Origin: Pelagomonas calceolata
Taxonomy: Eukaryota
NCBI GenBank assembly: GCA_918797485.1
Contig: CAKKNE010000005.1
Span: forward strand, 2,542,001 to 2,606,000
DNA length: 64,000 bases
Direction: 5' to 3'
Shown piece by piece: positions 1 through 11,300 of the stretch. Below the pieces are notes generated by a model. It was not told the DNA's origin and made no database searches. It was given only the letters and a program-made list of their open reading frames with translations. How positions within the stretch are numbered: the stretch's first letter is position 1; each line of letters starts with the position of its first letter. A program made the translations under genes and the position numbers.

Positions 1-1
1 G

Positions 2-1816
2 TGCGGGGACCACGCCTGGGGCGCCGATCGCGACGGATACTCCAAGTGCGCCTGGCTGGGTAGAGAGCCCTATCCCGAGGGCGACGCCGCCCTCCACGCG
101 ATGGGGGACGACGCGGAGACGTGCTGCCCGGGCGAGGACTGGAGGTCGGCGAACGGCTGTCGCCAGGACTACTGCACGTCCACGGGCGACGACTGCTACG
201 CCTCGATGGACTGGGGCGAGCCGGCGACCTGCTCAAACGGCTACACTCCGTCGCCGCCGAACCCGACTATGGACGACCCCGAGTACACGTGCTGCCCGAG
301 CGCGACCAGCTGCGAGTACGTCGCCGGCCAGCCGTTCGTCCTCGTGGCGTTTGAGCCCGATCCAGCCACCCAGGCAATGTTGGGCCTGGCAGACGGGGAG
401 TTCTCGGTGGGCCTGAATGATGCGGACAAAAACTACATCGCCGACGAGACTCCAAACGTCCACAGCAACACATTTGTCAGCACGCAAACGACGGAGGGCA
501 CGAAGATGCTTCAGGTCTGTTCGAACCCGACGTGCTCCGACGGCAGCGCCGCGACGTGCTGCGACGTCGATGGAGACTGCGAGGACGGCGACGACGACTA
601 CTGCTGCGGCGCAGACTACTACTGCTCGAACGACGGTGCCGAATACGCGGCGACCATGGGCGGCGTGCTCTGCTGCTCGCTCGGCCACGCGAACGGCGGC
701 ATAACTTTCCCGGATATGCCGGACGAGTGGACGACGGACGCGACGCGGCCGCCGTCCATCGACGAGGACTTCCTCATCAACGTCGGTCTGCACGTTCACT
801 GCCAAGAGTACGCGTCGGGGGTCAAGGCGATAGCGATCGGGAACGCGGGCTCCGCCGGGAGCTGGGTCGTCAACGGTGACGGGACAATTTCGCCGCATGA
901 TGCCCCGCACCTCGTGCTCGTCTGGGGCGACTTCACCACGGCCTCGTGCTGGGAGTCCGCGACTGGGTACATGGACCCGCAACCGAACAACCTAGTCCTC
1001 ATGGACTCCGCGATGGCGCTCGGTTGCGAGGCCGCGAGAGAGGCCGATCCTGCTCAGATGTGCGCGCCGGTCTTCCGCGCGAGAGGCGTCGACTGCGATC
1101 ACGCCGGCCACGACCATGGCAGCGCCTGCGACGGCCTCCACCCCATGGCGGGCTGGACCGGTGAGGCTTGCAGCTGGGCGCACGGGGAGACGCACGGCTG
1201 CCCGGTCGCGAACGTGCCGCGGCACCGGTGGGAGTCCGACCTCTGGTCCTGCGACCAGCTGTGCGGGGAAATCGGCGGGCGGTGCAACCGCGCGGCGTAC
1301 ATGAGCAACAACCACTGCGGGTCGGACGTGACCGAGCAGTGGGAATTCTCGTGCTGGGACCACGTCAACGGAATGGGGGCATGGGTCGAGGACTTCGATC
1401 CGGAGCACGCGCTGTGCTGGTGCGAGGCCGACGACACGGACCACTGGTGGCACTACTACGACGAAGACGACGACGACGACGACGGGTTAGGCGGCGGCTC
1501 GGAGCTCGTCATGTCCGGCGGCCTCGTCGCGATTGGCCTCACGTTTACCGGAATCAGCATCGCTGCGATCGCAAATGCGGTCCAGGAACAATGCGCCTTG
1601 GGACCGACGATCGTCTACGAAGCTGGCACGACTCACCCCTACTACATCTCCCCAAATCTATGCTCCATCGGGACCAAGACCTACGCTTCGAAGACGACTG
1701 TCCGCGACGCGTCGCCGCGCAAGGTCTGCCGCAAGTTTTGCGAGGCAGCTTCAGAGAAGGGGAAACTTGCACTGAAGCACGTGCAGGGCCTCACTTGCTA
1801 CTGCAAAAGGAAGTAA
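2..1816 (+). CDS. Cys-rich secreted/surface mosaic protein, 5'-partial; poly-Asp, hydrophobic segment and conserved 6-Cys C-terminal module
   Basis: The frame of ORF 101..1816 is open back to base 2 (CGDHAWGADRDGYSKCAW...), so the start lies upstream of the window. It has many Cys-rich modules and a ricin-B-like stretch (WVVNGDGTISPHDAPHLVLVWG). The last 98 aa match the end of the 26285..28822 protein. Confidence 0.8.
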   Translation, partial: CGDHAWGADRDGYSKCAWLGREPYPEGDAALHAMGDDAETCCPGEDWRSANGCRQDYCTSTGDDCYASMDWGEPATCSNGYTPSPPNPTMDDPEYTCCPSATSCEYVAGQPFVLVAFEPDPATQAMLGLADGEFSVGLNDADKNYIADETPNVHSNTFVSTQTTEGTKMLQVCSNPTCSDGSAATCCDVDGDCEDGDDDYCCGADYYCSNDGAEYAATMGGVLCCSLGHANGGITFPDMPDEWTTDATRPPSIDEDFLINVGLHVHCQEYASGVKAIAIGNAGSAGSWVVNGDGTISPHDAPHLVLVWGDFTTASCWESATGYMDPQPNNLVLMDSAMALGCEAAREADPAQMCAPVFRARGVDCDHAGHDHGSACDGLHPMAGWTGEACSWAHGETHGCPVANVPRHRWESDLWSCDQLCGEIGGRCNRAAYMSNNHCGSDVTEQWEFSCWDHVNGMGAWVEDFDPEHALCWCEADDTDHWWHYYDEDDDDDDGLGGGSELVMSGGLVAIGLTFTGISIAAIANAVQEQCALGPTIVYEAGTTHPYYISPNLCSIGTKTYASKTTVRDASPRKVCRKFCEAASEKGKLALKHVQGLTCYCKRK

Positions 1817-2030
1817 GCGACCCCTGTTCTCCCCCCTCCCTCTTCTTGACTGTTTGACAGTTTGCATCGGCAGCGCCGCCCTAGACGCCGCCCGTTCCGA
1901 AAGAAGCTTCCCCGCCCTACCTTCATCCAACCATTCGTAACTGCAGATTTCATGACCACTCCTAGTACTCCGCTGCATCAATAACTATGGGCCAGCGGAG
2001 CTTCGAAACACGAGGTGCATATTCTGTTGC

Positions 2031-2054
2031 TTTGCTTAGAGCTAGCCCGCCTAG
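2031..2054. repeat. 24-nt motif TTTGCTTAGAGCTAGSCCGCCTAG, copy 1 (convergent 3' intergenic region)
   Basis: 23/24 identical to 41068..41091. Confidence 0.6.
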
Positions 2055-2326
2055 TCTGTTCCGCTGGGGGAAAGACACCGCGCGTCGCCGATTCATCGCG
2101 CCGACCCGAACCAGGATCCCTACGAGTCGTGAATACACCTAGAGGGCGGCCGGCGTCTGGGGAAACCGACGGGATACGACTACAAAAGGCCAGCGGTGCC
2201 TGTCGTGGATCCGAAGCGGCATCAATATTGAAACTTCGGAGGAAGATGGATACCACCGAGTCCGAAATAGTAAGTAGCAAATTACTGCAGCGGACACGAG
2301 GGGGGTGGGGAAACGAAGCATATACA

Positions 2327-5300
2327 TCAAAAGTCGCCCGGCGCCGCCCGGCGCGGGCCGCGGAATCCGTCGTCCGGTGCCGCCCGGCTCGGTGGGCCGC
2401 GGTTGGGGGAGCCGAAGCCGTCGTCCGGTGCCGCCCGGCTCGGTGGGCCGCGGTTGGCGGAGCCGGAGCCGTAGTCTGGTGCCGCCCGGCGCGGCGGACC
2501 GCGGTTGAGCGGCGGCAACCGGCCCTGGCGGACGGGCGGGGCGCGCGGCGATTCCGCGTCGTAGGCGCGCCGTGGGGACTCGAGCGGCGCCGCCGCTGGT
2601 TCGATACGCGGCGTGGCGCGGCGCGAGGCCCAGCGCTCCGTCGTCAAACCTCCGCCCTGCGCGGCCTCGGCGACGGCCACGGCAGAAACCTTTCCTCGCC
2701 GCGTGCTCACGAGGTAGCCGCCGATGCCTGACAGGAGCATCAAAATAACAACTACCAACACCACAATGATGATGATAAGAGTGCCACCGCCCGAGTCGGA
2801 GCCGCCGCCGCCAGAGGCGGGGGCGGGGGCGGGGGCGGGGGCGGCGTCGTCGGCGGTGCCGTCGTCGTCGCCGACAGCGCCGCCAGGTGCCCCGCTCGAA
2901 GTTGTGGCCGTCGGCCGCGGGGACGGTTTTGTCGTCGGCCGCGGGGACGGCGCCGGCGAGGGCCTGGACGTCGGCCGCGGGGACGGCGCCGGCGTGGTGA
3001 CGACGAAGACGACCGTGGCCGCCGCAATCGCCGCGTACGTCGCCGTCACGTCCACGGTCACGGCGGCGAACGCGGAATCCGCGGCCTGCAGCGTGGTCAA
3101 GAAGCTCCCGTCGTCAATCGCCAGCGTCAGAGCGTCCATGGACTGCTCCAGCCTTTCCGCCGAGACTTGTTCGCCGTTATCCGTGCCGTCGATGCGGGCG
3201 ATGCCCGTGTACGAGATCGCGACGCCCGCGCCGCCGTCGTCGAGGCGCCGCCGCCCCGCGGCCACAATGTCTATGATCTCTTCGAAGAGACCGCCGGTGC
3301 TGTCCATGATCGACTGCGCGAACGCCGCCTGCCTGCCGGTCTTGTCGGCGTTAAACAGGACGGGGTTGACGCCCTCGAGCGTCACCGACGAAGCGACCTG
3401 GACCAGCGTCTGAGCTTGCGACGGCGCGGGGGTGGGGATGCGCGTCGGCCGGTGCGTCGGCGACGGCGACGGCGGCTCGGTCGTCGGCATTGGCGTGGGA
3501 ATGGGAGACGGCGCTCGCGTCGGTCGCGGCGTGGGCGTTGGCGTGGGCCGCGGCGTCGGAGCAAAGACCGGCGCCGCCGTGGGATTGCCGGGTAGGGGCG
3601 TCGGCGCCGGCGTGGGGGCCGGCGTCGGCCGGTGCGTCGGCGACGGCGACGGCCCCGGCGTGGTCGGCTGCGCCGTCGTGGGCGCCGGCGACGGCGCCGA
3701 CGTCGTAGGCCGAGGCGTCGGCTTCGGAGTCGGTCCGGGAGTCGGCGCCGTAGACGGCGCCGGCGAGGGCGGAAAGCCTACGACGACGTCCGCGTCGGCC
3801 GCGATCGTCGAGGCGGCGAAGTCGGTCAGATGCGTACACGCGCACGTCACGCCGGACGCCGTGTTCGCGACGACAGAACAGCCGTCGGAGGACCAGCTTC
3901 TCGTCACATTATCCCAGAACGAGCACGCGGCCGTCTTGGCGGGGCAGGTCACGGTGACGTCGAGCGGGACGCCGTCTCCCGAGTAAACGGGCGCCTCGAA
4001 GGTCATCGTCGACCCGTCGGGGAGCGTCACTTCGCGAGACTCCCCGCAGTCAAAGGTCGTGGGCACGTCGCAGTTGAAGGTCAGGACCTGGGACTGATTA
4101 AAGCACGTCTCCGTGTCCGTGCCCGGGTCGTAGTCGGCCTCGAGCGTCGGGTCGTAGTCGAACGGGATGTCGAACACGATGGGTTCGGCGAGATTGTCAA
4201 CCTTGACCGTGGCGCCTTCGCCGCCGAGTTCGATCTGCAGCAGATCCGAGACGGCGCCGTCGCCCTCAGAAGCGTGGACGTTCTTCAATTGGGCCACTTT
4301 CACGTCCACGTCGGCCGGCTCGCCGTCCAGGAGCCGTCGCCTCGAACGCCCGCGCCGCCTCGCGTCGGCGTCGCAGCTGCCGCCCCCGGCCTCGTCGAGG
4401 GCCGAGGCGGGCAGGTCCGTCACGCCGGCCCCGGAGGACAGTCGAAACGCCGCGTCCCGCGTCCCGCAGTCGGTCCGGAAGGCGCGCAGCTCCAGGTTGT
4501 CCGTGACGACGCTCTTGTTCTGGCCGCCGTAGGCGCCCGCGATCATGCCGGTGGCGAGGGCCCCCACCGTGCCGGCCATCTGCCCGTCTAGGGAGGTGTT
4601 CGACGCGCCCGACGCGAACAGGCTCGCATCCAGGAGGCTCGAGACGGTATCCGCCGCCGACGCCGCCGTGTCGTCGTCGATCCCATGTTTCGCGGCGTCG
4701 CCGACGACCTCGCCGAGCAGCCCGATCGCGCCCGTCTGCGAGCTCTCAGAGAGAGAGTCGGGGTCCCCGGTGAGCGTCGAGACAGTGAACAAGACTTGAG
4801 TCGCCGCCGCCGCGGACGAGCCCGTGCCCACCAGGCTCGCCGCGCTGATCGTGTGACCCATCAGGTCGTCGATCAGCTCCTGCTCGGAGGAAAGTCTCCG
4901 CCGACTCATGTCGGTCCCGCCTATGACGCTCGCCACGTTCGAGACCAGAGACAGCGACGCCTCGCCGTCGCCCGTGTTCGCCGACTCTGATAATAAATCG
5001 CCGGCGAGCGCCGAGAGGTCCTCGCCCGAGATCTCGAGCGGATCCACCCGCACGGGCGTGAAGGCTTGCGCGTAGGACAGGTAGCGGTCGAAGACGCGGC
5101 CGACGCAGGTGAGATTAACGTTGTTCGCCTGCGGCAGCGTCGTGACGAACCACGAGCTCGCGTACTGGTCCGCGACGAGCGGCGTCAAGGCCGAGTTCGC
5201 GGCCCGACGGTCCGCGAAGCTTGTCCCGCCCCCGCCGCCACGACTGCTGCCGCGCCTGCTTACCCGCTGGCGGTAGCTGTACGTGTACGTGAGCGGGTAG

Positions 5301-8300
5301 TCGTCGACGTCGTCGGACCAGCCGTCGAGCAGGAATTCAAACTCCGTCGTCAGCGCGGTGCCCCGGTACGGCGAGACGGCGAACGTGCCCGAGGTGGGCG
5401 GGCCGTTCGTCGTCAGGGAGACGACGGTCGAGGACGTCGACCCGATGCTGTCCGTGACCGTAAGTCTCAGCCGATACACGGCGTTGGGCCGCGTCTTGCC
5501 GAGGTCGATGAGCATGGGAGACGGTGCCCCGCTGGGCTTGCCGAGGAGGCCCGCCGACTGCCCGTCGCCGACGGACCAGGCGGTTTGCTCGATCGTTCTA
5601 GCAGAATCGGGGGACGTCGCCTTGAAGTAGATCGCCGTGAACGCGCCGTCCATGGGTTTGTACTTGACGCTCTCGTCGAAGTCCGTGATCGTCGCGCGGG
5701 GCATGTACTCGTCCGACGAGATTGACACCAGCACGCTGTAGGCCGCGCGCCGCGTGCCGCGCGAGACGGTCAGCGTGAATTCGTAGGTCGCGCCGCTCGT
5801 CCAGCCCGCGGCCGTCGTCGGCGTGAACGCGAGGACGGGTTGCGTCGCGTTTACGGAAGCGAGTAACGAGTTCGCGTCTTCCCTACTCCCGTCGTCCAGC
5901 ACGTGCGCCACGGTCCACGTGTATGCCATCGCGCCCTCGGCGTCGTTGTCGTCGGGGTCGTACGACTCGGACCCGTCCAGCTCGGCGTCGGCGCCGATCG
6001 CCACGGTCTGCTCGACGCCGCCCGATATCGAGGCCATCAAGTCCTGAGACCCGACGACGACCGTCGTAGTAGCGGAGTTGTTGATCGTCATGCTGTCCGC
6101 GAAGCCGACGGTCACCTGGAACTTGTAGGTCGTCTGCGCGTCCAGGGCGTCCGCCGGGAGGCGACACGTCACGGGGTTGGCGGTGTATTCCGCCAGTTTC
6201 GGGACGAGGTCTCGGACGTACGTCTCTCCCTCCAGCCGCCACGCGCGCCACACGTAGCCCAGCGCCGTGGACGACATGTTCGCGTCCGCGCAGGTCAGGT
6301 TGGGCAGGGCCACGTCGAGCTTGAGCGACTTTTTATCGGACCGGACCATGTTTTGCGTCGCGGCGCCCTGGAACTGGACGCCGGGCGCCGGCGAGGCCAG
6401 CTTGTGGACGGTCGCGGACACGGTCGTCGTCCCACCGAGAAAATTCGTCGCGGCGATGAGGAAGTCGTAGGCCCGACCTTCGAGGAGGTCGTCGAAGCCG
6501 AGGTCCAAGGTCACGGCGCCGGCGGCGTCGGCCTGTTGAAGCTTGGCCTCGAGCGCCGCCACGCTGGCCATGTCGGCGTCCGTCTCGGCGTCCCAGGTCG
6601 TCAGCACGCCCCAGTTGTACGTCAGAGCTCGCGAGCCACCACCCGTGGCGCCGCGCGCGTCGAGGACGACGCCGTCGCATTTGCCGACGCTCTCCGGCGC
6701 CGTGATGGAGATCGCCGGCAAGATGGGGTCCAGCGGCTTTTGGGCCTCGGCGTACTGGGCGGCGCTCGTGAGCGTCGCGCCGTCGAGGTCGTTCTTCAGC
6801 AGGCCGCCCTTGAGATGCGCGCTGTTGAGGGTCGTCGCGGCCACGTAGTCAAATGGCACGATCTGGGCGCCCGCGCCGAACGTTACGCGCAGCGCGCTCG
6901 AATTCGTCCAGGCGCACGTACCGTCCGCGCCGAATTGCTGCGCCGCGTACTCAAAGAGCGTGGCGCAATCAATATCCCACTCGCCGTCGATCATGTTCGT
7001 CGGGCTGTCGAAGAGCACGTCGAGGCCGTTGCCGCCGTCCAGGAACCGCACAAGTTCAAGCTTGGGCGGTGGCACACTATCTACAGAGAATTCGACAGCA
7101 ATCTCGACGTCTGAGACGGCGAGGTCGTCGAAGAAGGCGTCGGCGGATTCGACGTAATGCGTGAGTCTGGCCGTCCTGCCCTCCAAGACGTCTGGGTCTG
7201 CGAGAGAGGCGTTGACGGCCACGTACTTCCGAGCCCAGTCGTCCGGCGTGAACACGAGCCGCTTCGTGTAGAACACATTCGTGTCGGCGCAGTCGAGCGA
7301 CACGACGACGTTGGCCGTCGGCGGCGCGGAGAGCGTGATCCAGTAGCCGTCGCTGAACGTCGGACCGTCGACGCCGGCCCCGACCGTCAGCGCCTTGCCG
7401 CTCACGGTGGCGAAGGCGACGTCGTCCTCGATGACTTGGCACGTCATATTGGGCGAACGAACGCCGTCGTAGTTGGCGTCGGCAGAGCGCGCCACGAACC
7501 AGACGGAGTAGTTGCGGTCGCCGGATAATACAGCGTCGTCAGCAACGCGGAGAGTGTACGTCGCGAGCGAGGCCCAGTCGGCGGGCTCGACGGTCCGGTT
7601 CATTCCATCGGCACCGTCGACGGAGATGCTCTCGAACGCGTCGACGTCGCCCTCGACCTCGAGGCGCACGGCGGAAAACGGTAGGCTCGTCAGCGCCGCC
7701 GTGAAGACGAAGGTCGCGGCGTTCTCCTTTGCTTTCGCCGTGAGGGCCGCCGCGTCGGAGGTGACGGGGTCCGTCGTCGCCAGGAATTTGTTCACCGCGA
7801 TCAGCGACACGTCGACGTCCAGCACATTTACGGAAACCGTCTTCTCGAAGCCGCGCGCGCGGCCGTAGATCGGGTCCGTCGACGAGAGGAAGACCGTGAC
7901 GCTCTGGGCGACGCTGTCCCCGTTGTCGACGCGGTCCCGGAGCGCGCCGGCGGCGAGGGTAAGAATGGTGTCGCCGGCGGGGATCCACCTCGCGACGGAG
8001 GTGCTTCCGGCGTCCGACGTGAGCGCGTAGCCCGGGTTATCTGGGTCCTCGTCGTAGAAGCGGAGGGCACTGCCGGTCCGACCGCCGCCGCGCAGCGTCA
8101 ACCTCACGGGCTTGGTCGCCGGGACCGTGAGGTTGACGACCAGATGCTCTACTTTGAGACCCGTCCCCGTGAAGGCCGCCTCGGCCAGCTCCGGCGGCGC
8201 CGCCACCGAGAAGTCCGCGAGGCGGTAGTTTATGGTCGTCGGGGCGGTTGTAGGTACTGCCGACGGCGGCGAAGAGATCGTGGGCAGGCTCGTGGGCGCG

Positions 8301-11300
8301 GGCGTGGGCTCGGCCGTGGGCGCGGCCGTCGGCGCGGCCGACGGCGCGGCCGACGGTGCGGCCGACGGAAGCATCGTCATCGTCGGCGACGGGCTTGGTG
8401 ACGGCGTCGGCGCGGACGACGGCGCGGGCGACGGCTCGGCCGTCGAGGGGACAGGCGTCGGGGACGACGTCGGCAACGGCGAGGGCAAAGCCGACGGCGT
8501 CGCCGTCGTCGGATTGGGCGTCGGCTTGTGCGACGGCTCCGGAGAGGGATTAAGCGTCGGTCGCGGCGACGGCCGCGGCGTCGGCTTTTGCGACGGGTCC
8601 GCGGTCGGCGCGGGCGAGGGCCAGGGCGTCGGCGCAGGCGTAGGGCGCGACGACGGCGCCGGCGACGGTTTGGGCGTGGGCCGCGCCGTGGGCACAAATG
8701 AGGGCGCTGGCGTGGGCCGTGGCGTGGGCGTAGGTGTCGGGCGCGAGGACGGCGCCGGCGAGGGCTCCGGCGAGGGTCGTGGCGTCGGCGCAAACGAGGG
8801 CGCCGGCGTCGGTCGCGACGAGGGGCCCGGCGTCGGGCCCGGCGTCGGCGCAGGCGACGGCAGAGGCGTGGGCTTGGGGCTCGGCGCCGGCGTGGGTCTT
8901 GCCGTCGGCGCGAAGACGGGAGACGCCGTCGGGCTGCCCAGTGTGACCGACGGCGCGGGCGTAGGTCGTGTGGTCGGCCCCGGGCTCGGCGCCGTTGTTG
9001 GTGCGGGCGTAGGCCGCGGCGTGGGCATTGGGGTCGGCTTGCGCGACGGGGCCGCGGTCGGCGCGGGCGAGGGCCGGGGCGTCGGCGCAGGCGTAGGGCG
9101 CGACGACGGCGCCGGCGACGGTTCGGGCGTGGGCCGCGCCGTGGGCACAAATGAGGGCGCTGGCGTGGGCCGTGGCGTGGGCTTAGGTGTCGGGCGCGAG
9201 GACGGCGCCGGCGAGGGCTCCGGCGAGGGTCCTGGCGTCGGCGCAAACGAGGGCGCCGGCGTCGGTCGGGCCGACGGCCGGGGAGTCGGCCGGGCCGACG
9301 GTGCAGGCGTCGGTCGGGCCGTCGGCCGCGGCGTCGGCCGCGGAGTTGGTCTGTGCGATGGCGACGACGTCGGGGTCCCGGAAGGTCGCACGGTCGGGAC
9401 AGTTGACGGAATCGCGGTCGGCGCAGATATCGGGGACGACGTCGGAAGGGACGTGGGCGTGGCCGTCGGCGCGGCTGTCGGCGTGGACGTCGGGCGGGCC
9501 GTGGGCGTGGCCGTCGGCCTAGCCGTCGGAGCTGACGTCGGCATAGACGTCGGCGTCCACGTTGGATCGGATGTCGGCGTTGACGATGGCATGGCCGTCG
9601 TCGGCGCATCCGTCGGTATGGACGTCGGCGGCGCCGTAGGCTTGGCCGTCGGCACGACCGTCGGCACGATCGTCGGCGTAGGCGTCGGCGGCGCCGTAGG
9701 CTTGGCCGTCGGCACGACCGTCGGCACGATCGTCGGTGCGGACGTCGGAAGGGCGGTGGGCGTGGCCGTTGGCACGATCGACGGCACGATCGTCGGTATG
9801 GACGTCGGCGGCGCCGTAGGCTTGGCCGTCGGCACGACCGTCGGCACGATCGTCGGTGCGGACGTCGGAAGGGCGGTGGGCGTGGCCGTTGGCACGATCG
9901 ACGGCGCAGCCGTCGGTGTGTATGTTGGCGTCGACGTGGGCGTCGACGACGGCAGCGGCGAAGGAAGCAGGGTCGGCGGCTGCGTCGGGCTGGCCGTCGT
10001 CGGAGCGGGCGACTCCGCTGTCGTCGGCGCCGCCGTCGGGCCGAAGGTCCCGAGCTCGACGCGGCCGTCGTCGTCCCAGTCGCGCGCGACCGCGCCCGCG
10101 CGCGAGGCCACGTACGTGACCAGGGTCGCGGTCACGACCGCATCGCACGCAAACGCGCGGTTCGGCTTGGCCTCGTAGCTCCAGGGCTCGCCGTCCATCC
10201 GCATCGCGACGGCCATCGAGCTCGAGACGACCTTCGCGTCGCGCCAGACGCCCGCGAAGCCCTCGCGGAGGCCCTCGATCGCGGCGCCGCCGTCCATGTC
10301 CATCGTCAGGCTGTCGAACCCCATCAGGTCGGTGCTGTTCATGTCCACCGCGCCGTAGACGCACGACGTGCGCTCGTGGACCTCCTGTTCCGCCTTGAGC
10401 TCCGCCACGGTCGCCAGGCGCCGCCCGCCGGAGGTCGAACCCGTCGGCGTCGGGGTCGCAAACGGCGTCGACGACGACGGCGCGGCCGTCGTCGCGGCCG
10501 TTGGCGGGGACGTTGGAAGCGCTGTGGACTCAGTCGCCGGCTGGCGCAGGTCCCCTTCCCTCTGGAGCAGGAAGCGCTGCTGCAGCACCGTCCTCCCGTC
10601 GACGTCGACGTGTCCCCCGTAGCCAAGAGCGAAGCGGTCCGTGGCGTCGTCCTTGACCCAGTCGTGGTCGACGTGGACGAGGAAGCGCTCCCGCGCGGCT
10701 TCCAGGTCGGTCACCTTCATGCCGAGGACGTAGGCCACGCCCGATTCGTTGTGGTCGCTCCATTTTACTGTGCCCGTGACCGTCTCGTTGAGCTTCTCGT
10801 CGCCGTCAACGCGCAGCGCGAGCCCAAGCGAGCCAGCCATGGCCTCGTCCTGCGAGTCGCCGTCGGCGGTCATCGCCATGTGCAGCTTCTCGCGGTTCCG
10901 GTTGATGACCGTCATGCTGGCCTGCAGGTCGTCTCGATTCGCGTCGGTCATGCCGCTCCAGTCGACGGCGCCCGACAGATGGCCATCAAGCTTGTCGTCA
11001 GCGTCCGTTCGCACGAGTAGCCCAAGCGAGCCAGCCATGGCCTCGTCCTGCGAGTCGCCGTCGGCGGTCATCGCCATGTGTAGCCGTTCTCGCTGCTTGT
11101 TGATGACCGTCATGCTGGCCCGTAGGTCCTCCTCGGTGCCGCTCCAGTCGGCGGTGCCCGAGACCGTCGCATCGAGCTCCTCCTTTGCGTCGACGCGCAG
11201 CGCGAGCCCGAGCGAGCCAGCCATGGCCTCGTCCTGCGAGTCGCCGTCGGCGGTCATCGCCATGTGTAGCCGTTCTCGCTGCTTGTTGCTGACCGTCATA

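Noticed and set aside
8232..10178. 648-aa Gly/Val-rich plus-strand ORF resembling a structural protein
   Set aside because: It is the reverse complement of the PT-repeat stalk.
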